Origin: Octopus sinensis
Taxonomy: Eukaryota
Reading direction: 5' to 3'
Length of the DNA stretch: 64,000 nucleotides
Assembly: GCF_006345805.1 (NCBI RefSeq)
Contig: NC_043005.1
Coordinates: 11,470,001 to 11,534,000, forward strand
Part shown: piece by piece, positions 53,595 to 64,000 of the stretch
Layout: every line of letters begins with the position of its first letter
Numbering within the stretch: the first letter of the stretch is position 1
Notes under the pieces: generated by a model
What the model saw: only the letters and a program-made list of their open reading frames with translations
Told to the model about the DNA's origin: nothing
The model's database searches: none
Made by a program: the position numbers and the translations under genes

Positions 53595-54345
53595 GAAGAA
53601 AAAAGAGAAAATAAGAAAAAAGAAAAACGGGACATTGCCGGCGGTTGCTAGTACACTGCCGGCATGACCCGAAACCCCTATGGTGGGAATTGTGCCAATG
53701 GAGGGGTGATTTGACGACTCTCCCCATGTGGAGGAGGAATTTGTAGTCCTGTTCCATAAGGGAGGGGAATTCCAAAAATTGATCAAAAAGGTTAATAAAA
53801 AAGGTCGAAGGGAAAGGATTCTTACCTGTACCAAGAACCCTGATTGGCCTCCGCAGATAGCTGCAGAGGTCGTGTGGGAAACAAATTTGTTCGAGGTTGT
53901 GGATTCTTTCCCCGAAGACACATTCCGCTTCCTGCTGAAGCACCTCAAACTAGCACCATCGAGGTGCTTGAGTGAGGCATTGAGCCTGGTCGGGTGACAG
54001 CGGGGCGGAAAAAATTAAGAGGCTTAGTGCCTCGTATTGTGTATCAAAACTAAGGTAAGAGGTTTAATGCCTCGGTCTGTTGTTTCTTTGAGTTTATTGT
54101 TTGTAAGAGGCTCAGCGCCTCAATTTATAATGAACTATGGAACTAAAGTAAGAGGTTTAATACCTCGTAATGATTTTACTGTATAAAAACAAAAGAATAA
54201 TGTTTTAGAGAAGCAAAAGATCGGAGGGCGTCTTGTGTCTTCTCTCATCAATATCATCCTTTTCATCACTCATCTTATCAATGTTTTTGTCCAGCCCACA
54301 AGCTACTCCCTCTGTGTTATGCCTTTATGGCAAAATTTTGAAATA
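53591..54345 (+). mobile_element. Unidentified insert with ORF tail (53710-53997) and hairpin array
   Basis: Natural-looking ~95-codon reading frame FDDSPHVEEEFVVLFHKGGEFQKLIKKV..PDWPPQ..LSLVG*, followed by four taaGAGGY-N5-RCCTC motifs. Confidence 0.6.
54016..54166 (+). repeat. Four spaced 18 nt palindromic motifs
   Basis: Motifs at 54016, 54056, 54104 and 54149; spacers 22, 30 and 27 nt. Confidence 0.85.
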
Positions 54346-54784
54346 ATGTATGTCTGTATGTATGTATACGACGGGCTTCTTTCATTTTCTGTCTACCAAA
54401 TTCACTCACAAGACTTTGGTCGACCCGATGCTATAGTAGAAGACACTTGCCCAAGCTGCCATGCAATGGGACTGAACCCGGAACCATGTGGTTGGTAAAG
54501 AAGCTGCTTACCACACAGCTACAGCTATGCAATTATCTATGCGCGGTTGCATGAATACATATTACTTTCACAATTCATATATCTGAACATGTATGTTTTT
54601 TCCCCCAGAATATTTAGCGTATCCATTACATAGAGTTGGATGTGTGTGTAGCTGCCGTTCTTTGTGTCAGTGTTTTAACGTGCATGCTCTGTTAGCATTC
54701 AACTGTTAATGTGCGTGCGCCTGTTTCTATTAACATGGTGTGACAATCGTCTGCATTTTCAGTTCTTTTTAAATTAGTGTTCCA

Positions 54785-55057
54785 TTCATCCATCCATCCA
54801 TCCGTCCGTCCGTCCGTCCGTCCGTCCGTCCGTCCGTCCATCCATCCGTCCATCCGTCCATCCATCCGTCCGTCCGTCCGTCTGTCTGTCTGTGTGTCTG
54901 TCTGTCTAGATAGATAGATAGATATATATATAGATAGATAGGTAGATAGACAGATAGACAAGATGGTAGACAAATAGACAGACAGACAGGCAGATAGATA
55001 GATAAATAGATAGATAGATAGATAGATTGATAGATAGACAGACAGGCACACAGACAT

Positions 55058-55095
<38 letters not shown>

Positions 55096-55096
55096 G

Positions 55097-55133
<37 letters not shown>

Positions 55134-55134
55134 T

Positions 55135-55169
<35 letters not shown>

Positions 55170-55170
55170 A
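54785..55170. repeat. (CCAT)n/(GTCC)n/(GATA)n microsatellites
   Basis: Directly visible. Confidence 0.95.
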
Positions 55171-55616
55171 ATGATAGATTTCTATCTTTCACGTTATCTC
55201 TCAATATATTTTATGCATACATATGTCTTTTGTCTTTTACATGTTTCAGTGAATAGCCAGCGGTGATGCTGGGGTGTGATCTTCAAGACTTAGTTGAACG
55301 AATCGACGACGCTTTTTAAAGACAGGTGCTTGTTTTACTAGGACGTAAAGACACCAACACCAGTCGCCTGGTAGTGAGGAGGAGGATCAAACAGAAATAC
55401 ACGCAAACATAAATATATATTATTGTGTCTTGGGAGAGTCATTCTCATTTAATGCGTTATAATTTGACGCACCTACCGGTTTCATTTCCACATATTTACT
55501 AATGTATTTTTCGAACATTTTCGTTGCGTCTTGCAACTTTTTCAATAGTTGGTGACTCTGTCCATTATCGGAGTTCTTTGTTTGGGCGCATGTGTGTGTG
55601 TGCATCAGTGTGCATA

Positions 55617-56032
55617 TACTCTTTACTCTTTACTCTTTTACTTGTTTCAGTCATTTGACTGCGGCCATGCTGGAGCACCGCCTTTTAGTCGAGCAAATCG
55701 ACCCCGGGACTTATTCTTTGTAAGCCCAGTACTTATTCTATCGGTCTCTTTTGCCGAACCGCTAAGTGACGGGGACGTAAACACACTAGCATCGGTTGTA
55801 AAGCAATGCTAGGGGGACAAACACAGACACACAAACACACACACACACACAGATATATATATATATACATACGACAGGCTTCTTTCAGTTTCCGTCTACC
55901 AAATCCACTCACAGGGCATTGGTCGGCCCGGGGCTATAGCAGAAGACACTTGCCCAAGATGCCACGCAGTGGGACTGAACCCGGAACCATGTGGTTGGTT
56001 AGCAAGCTACTTACCACAGAGCCACTCCTGCG
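55617..56032 (-). mobile_element. SINE family C
   Basis: Collinear with other C copies. Confidence 0.93.
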
Positions 56033-56395
56033 CCTATATATACACACATATGTATGTATTCTGCATATTCATGTGTTTGTGTGTTCATGCTTGTGTGTTT
56101 CTATGTGTGTGTGTTTGTAAGTGTGTGTTTGTATGTATTTGTATGTGTGTGTGTATTTGTGTGTAAAGCTGTCACCTGGAGTGTGCATGTTTGAGTGTGC
56201 CTATGTGTATGGGTCTGTTATGTATGGGTGTGTGTCTCCATATGTGTCCTTGTGAATGAGTGTGAAGTGTGCGAGTCTGTATATGTTCATGTGTTTCAGT
56301 CTTCAATTGTGCATGTATTTTTGTATGTGTGTGTGCTTCTCACTATGACCTATGTACCTATTTATCTATTTATCCATCTGTTTACTTACATATCC

Positions 56396-56438
<43 letters not shown>

Positions 56439-56447
56439 TATATGTAT

Positions 56448-56804
56448 TTCTACATGTACTTCTCAGTTAGCACTGGGTATATTTCATTTATGAGGACGTA
56501 CTCCTGTATTTGTCTGAGTATTGGGTCCTACGGTTCTTGGATAAAATGCAGATGTCAAGTTGACCCAGTATGCTTCTATGTTTGATTTTGGCATGTTGGT
56601 AGAGTATGGAGTTCTCCAGAAGCAGTCCTACATAATCTACCAAACAGTCCTCCATACTCTACCAACATGCCAAAGGCCAATATGGAGGAACACTGGGTCA
56701 ACTTGATATCGGCATTTTATCCAAGCATCCAACCACCGATAAATACAGGAGTACGTTCTCATAAATGAAACATCCCCAATACTGAATAGGAAATATATGT
56801 AGAA
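56448..56804. mobile_element. Diverged foldback/MITE (~150 bp arms)
   Basis: tttcatttatgaggacgtactcctgtattt pairs with aaatacaggagtacgttctcataaatgaaa; ttggcatgttggtagagtatggag pairs with ctccatactctaccaacatgccaa. Confidence 0.82.
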
Positions 56805-57237
56805 GGTAGTCATACCCCAATACCAACAGTTTATATATACACAGGTAGAGTTGATAGTGGCTAGTTATGTAGACGTATATATATATATATATGTGTATGT
56901 GTGTGTGTGTAAATGAATCTGCAAGTAAATAGAGAGATAAATAGATAGATAGGTAATATGGATAGACAAGCACACGCACATACATAGTCACACAAACCCA
57001 TTCACATAGACACACACACACACATACACACATATATATATATATATATATATACGTACATACATACACACGTATATATATGTGTGAGTGTGTATATATA
57101 TTTCTATATATATATTCGTTCATTCTTTTATACATATACTTACACACACACGTATATATAAATAAATACATACATATGTGTTTATACACACACTTACATA
57201 CATACACGCGCGTGCGCAGACATACACTCGCACACTT

Positions 57238-57277
<40 letters not shown>

Positions 57278-58540
57278 ATATATTTATCTGCCGACCTATT
57301 GATTATTGTAACTATATATTTAGCTAGCTTGATGAATTTCCACATATCCACCTTAGGTAATTAACTAGTTGCTAATCCGCGGGTAGTATCTTATAAGCAT
57401 TACTTGAATTCATTAGAATCTCGAAATTCCTGATTTGGTCGTATTAACACTTACCGTGTAAATTGTAACAGTATTTGGTTATTCCACTTCAGTATCTTTT
57501 TTATTCAGTTAGTGTTCCTATAATAGATTATTCTTCTTTTGTTATTGTTTTTAACGAGGAACTTGAGCAAAAAGCCGAAAACTTTCTGGTGGTGCTTATG
57601 AAAGTATATACTCGGTTTGTATTACTTCCGACCTCCCACAAAATATTAACTCTCCAAGTTATAAAATGGCGAAAGGTTATTAAATAATACTCAAGCATGT
57701 AATAGAATGCTTCTCATGAGAAGTGTCTCAATGATATGGAAAATAGTAAGTGATATAAAATACTATTCTGGAATTTATTGCGTTTTCGCTATTCAGGAGA
57801 ATCGCTACTTTTATTATCAAGAAATGTTGAATATAATATGAAAATCGTAGCCCCTTGAGCTCGAAAAGAAATGAGTTAATTTTGGTTAAATGGTTGCGCG
57901 TATGTACATCTAGCAAAATAACGGTATACGTTTTCAGCGTTATGTGAAGCACAAGATAGTATTTGAATTATTGAATTCTATTTATTTAGCTCTGCTGTAA
58001 AGTGGCTTTCTGGATTAAACATTCTATTATGCTTAATCTTGTTTCAGCAAGATTACATTTGTTGCCATTGTTATTTATCCACCAAGTTAGCCGTGATAAA
58101 TACAGGCGACCATTCGGTCTTTTATTCAAGTATGTCGTATCTTGAGACATGTTACACATTGTAGCAGACGTAAACGAGTGCAAAATTAATCAAGGTATGG
58201 GGTATTAAAAGAATGTTTTTTTTTTCTCCTAAGACCTGATAATATTTCCTTGTTGATAAGCTGAGTAACCATGTTAAGGCCTCTTCATTGGTTCACTGTA
58301 CTAGTTTTGGTGTAATTCTTGTAAGTGTTACCGTTACTATTGTTTAGCCTGAAGTGTGGCCTTACGAGATGACCTATGATTAAAGATATTCAGTCAATAT
58401 CTATCCTTTCATTGGTCTTTTTTAAACATAGTGTATCGCAAATATTTCCAATAAAACGGTATGATTTAACTTCTCACTGTTGAGAAAATCGTGCCAGTTT
58501 CAAGATAACAGCTCAATTATTCTTTTATAGAACCAGTTAA

Positions 58541-58937
58541 TCCTTATATATAAAAGTGAGGTTGTGTGCTGTCTGTCTCCTACGATTTAGATTCCTAACT
58601 ACTCCCACATTTTGCGGTGCAGTTTATCCAAAACCGGGTATCTTATAGTCGTGATTCATATCGAGCCCTTCTGGGTATTAGCGCGCGTCTACGATGAGTC
58701 TACGATTTAAAAAAAAATTTACCATCAATTTTTCCCATTTTTAATGTATTTTTGGCATGTATAAGGGAAGTAACTCTCTAAAAATTTATTATTAAATCTC
58801 AGAACGTAAAAAGCTACAGAAACACCCCCTCCTTTGTTGTTAGCCATATTGAGATGGCTATTATACTTTACATCTCTAAAAATACTTATATAGTTATTTC
58901 CCTTACAAACTCGAGCAACGCCGGGCGATACTGCTAG
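58541..58937 (+). mobile_element. Non-autonomous Helitron
   Basis: A|TCcttatatataaaa 5' end; 3' gagcaacgccgggcgatactgCTAG|T with GC hairpin; AT target and no TSD. Confidence 0.8.
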
Positions 58938-59328
58938 TGTGTTATATTTTTTATAGAGAAAATCCATTTCCAGTTTGATGCTTTCATTTTCTATTAATGG
59001 ATTCAGTCGCTGAACAACGGTCATACAGGGGCATCATGTTTATGAGCTTTTAATTCATCATATTTACTCCTGCTAATGGGGATTTACAGTGTGTTATTGA
59101 TTAGTATTTGTCGAAGTGCTAAGTTACTGGTTATAAATTTGCGCGGTATAAACAACACCGTTTTCTTAGTGAATATATATACTGGTACGTACATGGATAG
59201 AGAAACGAGCATCAATCTATTTTTGTATCTATATTTTCATATGCATGAATGTGTTCACATACATCATTACACGATTTTCCTTAGCGTGCACATATATAAT
59301 TATTACGCAATGTTATATATAGTATATT

Positions 59329-59360
<32 letters not shown>

Positions 59361-59377
59361 ATATATATATATAATGT

Positions 59378-60280
59378 AGATGGAAACGTTATCACCAGTA
59401 TCAAAGCATAAAGAGCATTCTAAACACTCTGACATTATCAGAACACTTGAATTTATCCAGCAAGTCCAACAGACCATTGATGACAATCCCACAAAGTCCG
59501 TGAGGTCAATTGCAAACGATCTCCATCTGTCAGAAGGAACAGTCAGAAATATTGTTCACGGAGACACAGATATAAATCTTATATGATGGGGAAAAGTAAA
59601 TTTGTCGGGAATAAGCAAAAGAAAATCACTACATCAGATCTAAAAGGCTCTTAGATAAACTGAATAATCCAGCAGAAGATTCAGTTTGGTTTTTCTCAAA
59701 CGAGAAGAACTTCGGCCATGATCAAAAAGTTAACAGAAGAAACGACAGATGGTTATGTGCAAACCATTCTGAAGTCTCAAGTGTTATACATACAAAATTC
59801 TTTTGCAACTGCCATGGTTTTAGGGGTTGTCAGCAATGAAGGATATGTGATGCCTCCTTACTTCCTTCCACAAGGCCTTAGAGTTAACTCTGCCGCTTAC
59901 ATTGCAGTCCTGGAAATAATTGTTAAGCTCTGGATAAACAGTGTACGCAATGAAGGGCCATTTGTGTTTCAGTAAGATTCTGCTCAATCACATATCGCTC
60001 TAGTAACACAGGAATGGATGGTTGAAAATTTTCCTGATCACATAACCCCTAACATTTGATCTCCTAATTCCTCTGATCTCAATCTACTGGACTATTACAC
60101 GTGGCGCGTTGAGAGACAGAGATCAATGAACACATCCATAACACCAAATAATCTTTGAAAGCTGCCATAGTCAGAGTAATGTCTATAATGAACCGGAACC
60201 ACTTGATTCGATCATGTAGATGATTTAGATCTCAATCAGAAACAGTTGTTGAAGCTGAAGGTGGGTTTATTGAATAGCAT
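59378..60280 (+). pseudogene. DD37D (maT) Tc1/mariner transposase remnant
   Basis: DDNPTKSVRSIA HTH region, WFFSNEKNF, Q*DSAQSH (D at 59976) and SDLNLLD (D at 60090), 37 codons apart; multiple stops. Degenerate TIRs may lie near 59026 and 60400. Confidence 0.88.
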
Positions 60281-60414
60281 TATAGAAAAGAAGGTTTATT
60301 TTTATCCTCATAGCATTTTTTGATAAATAAAGTCATTAACTGTTATTATATATCTGTTGTTTTTTATAAACATAAATATGTCCTCAAATATCTTACGCAT
60401 CCAGTGTGTTTGTA

Positions 60415-60464
<50 letters not shown>

Positions 60465-60560
60465 GGTGTGTGTGTGTGTGTGTATATTATATATATATAT
60501 ATATATAATATATATATATATATTATATAATTATATATATGTATATATGTTATATATATA

Positions 60561-60596
<36 letters not shown>

Positions 60597-60969
60597 GTAA
60601 TGTACATATGTATGTACATATGTATGTATGTTTGTATATACACTGCTTGTGTACAGTTGAAGATTACCAAATTCCACTGAAAGATCAGTAGACAATCTGA
60701 CAATATAAAACTTTCGTTCTAGGTACCGCGCTCTAGGATCGAATCCTTAATCAACTGGCTGTGAGGTGTTCACTCATAGTCACACAATCACACACACACA
60801 CGCACATACACACACACACACACACACACGCACACCACACACACACACACACACACACAAGAAACTTGACGAGTATAACCAACCGAAACTGCAAAGATAA
60901 TCTGGAACTCTACTGATGAAAGAAAACTCCGAATGACCCGTCCTTTTTTATGTATATATTTTTCTTTTT

Positions 60970-61000
<31 letters not shown>

Positions 61001-61006
<6 letters not shown>

Positions 61007-61802
61007 GAATGGGTCAATTTGGGGACAGAGATGGCGACCTGCTTTTGGGAATGAATCCATTGTTCTGCCAGATGCAGGTTGATTAATTAGCTCTGGGGAA
61101 CGCCCCCCCCCCCGACCCTTTCAGGTGAATTAAGGTTCATTTGAAGGCTACCCTCTTAAATAAGCAGTTCAGTTTGTGAGACTCAGTCAGCATTTGGGAT
61201 TCAAGGCAAGCGGTCGGCGTTGGGAGTCTGTGAGGGACAGTGAACAGTTGGTATTGTACAGCGAGTTAGTAATGGTTGTTCTGCTGTGACAGAGGAAGAC
61301 AAGCAGAGAAGATTAAGGAACTGGGAGAGATTACGGCGAGAAGGCATGGCTATTCGTAGTGGGAGTTTGTAACTGAAAATGTAACGGTATGTGTTTATTT
61401 ATGTTTGTATTTGTAAAAGAGAAAGAACAGTGCTAAAGGAGAAAAAAAGAAGGAAAAAGAATCGATGTATTGAAATGTAAAAGAAATGAACATTGTGTTA
61501 AAGGACAGTGTTGAAGAGAGGAAAAAAAAGAGAACTGTGTAAAGACATTGTGTACAAAGTTGTTGAAAAGAAAGACTCTGTTGTAGTCTGAAAAGAATTT
61601 AAATGAACATTGAACATATATGTGTTAATAGTCCTCTGAACTGTAACGTTAATGTAATTTGAAACAGAACTGTTGTCTCCGGACTGTATATTGCATCAAT
61701 CTGAACTGTTATTGTACCCGAATGCTTTGATGTGTTGTTTCTTGCATGTATTTCCTCTTTGATGTACCTGATATGTAGCTTGATTTATTTGATGTTGCAA
61801 CA
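61001..61802. mobile_element. Possible solo LTR
   Basis: TGTTG..CAACA termini around an ~800 bp non-coding block; no clean TSD, PBS or PPT. Confidence 0.4.
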
Positions 61803-62015
61803 ATTATAAAGTGTTGTTAAATGTAGCCAATTGCCTTCCGCTGTATTTCTTTGTGTCTCTCTCGGTATCTCTTCCTCTGTTTGTTGTTGTTGTTCTCTCC
61901 GGGAGTGGTTGCCGAGTTCGCCGCCACCTTCTCCCCCACCGAATTCTCTCTCTGGGTCCGTGGCGAATTCGTCGATCGATCGAGCCAGGTCAATCGAGGT
62001 GGATTGCCCCACCGT

Positions 62016-62048
<33 letters not shown>

Positions 62049-62053
<5 letters not shown>

Positions 62054-62183
62054 GATTCAGTTGAATAAGGTGCTTACGTTGAGGCACCAAGTCACTACGG
62101 TATTATCCGCACAGCTCGAAATAAGGTGAATAAAATCAAATAAGTAACAGGATATCAAGTATTGACATCCTGTTACATATTTG

Positions 62184-62186
<3 letters not shown>
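62049..62186. mobile_element. Short insert in (TA)n with terminal hairpin
   Basis: caaata..gtaacaggat / atcctgttac..tatttg (62137-62183); TA flanks. Confidence 0.6.
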
Positions 62187-62216
<30 letters not shown>

Positions 62217-62220
<4 letters not shown>

Positions 62221-63148
62221 AAATATTAGGGAAAAATCCAAACTTACAGGGAAAAATCAGATTTAGGATTGAATCCAATTTTATAGTAAAATATTATATT
62301 AAATTAGAGATAAAACCACTATTAGGCAAATCATACAATGAAATAAGATTAATTAATTTATATTATTTAAATATATATCAAAATTATTCAAAAAGATAAT
62401 TAATATAACACTACGATCGTTTCATGGCTGTTCAATTCTTAAAATTTTCGAGTTACAGTCATTCTTCAGGTGGTTTACATATCTAAAATATAATTAATAT
62501 TTTTAAGATATGAATAATATATATAATATAATAATTTTACTTATAATAAACTCTATTATCAAATATGATTATATCCAAATCGACTATAATGTTAAATATT
62601 AATTTTAATTTATAAGGTAGGAAACCCATAATCCAATATCAATATTAGTCTATATCTAATTACATAAATATTTAAAATGACTAATATATATAAATTATCA
62701 ATGAAAATATATATATAAATATTATAATCAAGATCTAAAATAATCTCTATAAATAATTGTATATAATAAAAACCTAATAAATTTAATTTTCCATATTTAA
62801 AGATGAAATAGCTAATTTCAAAATACAAATAAACTAACTTAAACGAACTTTCAGAAATCTTATGTAAAATACTTTTAGAAATAATCAATTCTTAGTAATA
62901 TAGTATCGAATAAATACCATAAGTATTATAAATATAATTATGAATGGGAATACTTATCGAATATAAATTTAAAGAAATAACTAAGTTATGCTATTAAATT
63001 AGACATGGCCTAGACCAATCTTTAGTCGAAACATATCTAAGTTTATCAAAGTTTATCTAATTTAATTAATTAATCTTATGTATTGGCTTAAGTTTTTCAT
63101 TGTATGATTTGCCTAATAGTGGTTTTATCTCTAATTTAATATAATATT
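62217..63148 (-). mobile_element. AT-rich non-coding PLE-like element with hammerhead and inverted end, in (TA)n
   Basis: 62290-62343 is the exact reverse complement of 63095-63148, with a further 15 bp match 62344-62358 / 63064-63078; hammerhead at 62407-62475. Confidence 0.7.
62407..62475 (-). ncRNA. Type I hammerhead ribozyme candidate with palindromic stem III
   Basis: aaccac-CTGAAGA-atgactg..cagccat-GAAA-cgatcg-TA|gtgtt. acgatcgt is a perfect palindrome; GUA triplet. Confidence 0.72.
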
Positions 63149-63218
63149 ATATATATATATATAATTAAACAAAACAAAAATATTATAAAACAGGTTGGTT
63201 CATCTCAAATTCTTTGTA

Positions 63219-63360
63219 AACTCCTAAATATATCTCCTTCTGTGTATATATATACTGCCAAATAAATATGATTTTTATTGAACCCCTAATTCTTTTTCTG
63301 CCTATGTATATAGATACTTCCAAACAAACATGATTTTTATTGAACTCCTAATACTTTTTG
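63219..63360 (+). repeat. ~62 bp tandem repeat, about 2.3 diverged units
   Basis: aac(t/c)cctaa..atgatttttattg recurs. Confidence 0.75.
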
Positions 63361-63624
63361 TTTAATATTTTCTCAGATATTTCCTTGTAAACTATTTTTA
63401 ACATTTTCTTCTTATTATCAAAGAATGTATATATGTATTTTAATACTTTTGTGACAACCAGTACTCAACACAACAAAGCTTATACAAAGCTTTACATTTT
63501 ACTTTTGACAATCTTTTTCCAAAAATGTGAAACCGGTTAAGTGAATAAACATCTTTAAAATTGCATTTTCAAATTTTCTTTCATATATATTTCAACTCGT
63601 GCGGTACCTTACAACTTCACTTTG

Positions 63625-63670
<46 letters not shown>

Positions 63671-64000
63671 CAAGACTGAATTCTGTAATTCGTTTACAAG
63701 AAGCCAGGAAATTGGATGCATTGGCTCTTACGTGACTACATTTAGATTCGAACTCATGTTACTCTATTTGTAGATAGAATGCTCTACTTTTCTCTGAAAC
63801 GTTTAATTAAAAAAGAAAAAAATAATTTACAGTAACACGAAACAGGCTATATTTAATTTATTGCGTTAGATATTTAGTTAAAATATCAGGTTTCACATAT
63901 GTAATGTAGTTGGCGTCTTAAAAAAATTGAATCAGCAAATTCAATCAATTACCTATAACAGCTAAAATCTAAGAATATTCTCATCATCAACACACTCATA

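Larger units (their letters stand above)
53306..54522 (-). mobile_element. SINE family C split by a ~750 bp insertion in its internal microsatellite
   Basis: 3' half 53306-53520 and 5' half 54366-54522 are on the same strand and in the correct order. Confidence 0.85.

Noticed and set aside
54016-54166. CRISPR array interpretation of the spaced palindromes
   Set aside because: Eukaryotic context, no cas genes and only 18 nt repeats; spacers 1 and 3 share aactaa(a/g)g, indicating a diverged dimeric tandem repeat.
60905-60950. ctgatga..gaat motif as a hammerhead (also 16520-16560)
   Set aside because: There is no stem II or stem I pairing, and GAAA reads GAAT.
62610-62888. 92 aa I/L/Y/F-rich ORF as a mitochondrial-like membrane protein (NUMT)
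   Set aside because: The composition follows from extreme AT content, and no mitochondrial gene motifs were seen.

Overview
This is AT-rich, microsatellite-dense eukaryotic DNA. The tRNA-derived SINE families look like those of Octopus (coleoid cephalopod); this is recognition from memory, not a database result. No intact host protein-coding gene is evident, and almost all listed ORFs are microsatellite or SINE artefacts. Contents: about 35 SINE copies from at least 4 families; decayed mariner and DD37D (maT) transposons; mariner-type, hAT and Helitron non-autonomous elements; RTE and R4/Dong LINE fragments; and a 5'-truncated Penelope-like element (PLE; RT plus GIY-YIG) bracketed by a ~720 bp inverted repeat. 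The most notable unexplained signal is a set of hammerhead-ribozyme-like motifs from about five unrelated sequence families (2938-2983, 29293-29337, 29536-29579/30650-30694, 35402-35445, 62407-62475), several inside (TA)n-embedded inserts with one end folded back. Also notable is an orphan insert (53591-54345) with an ORF tail followed by four spaced, covarying pentaloop hairpins. Coordinates and identities were read by eye; SINE and degenerate-element boundaries are approximate.
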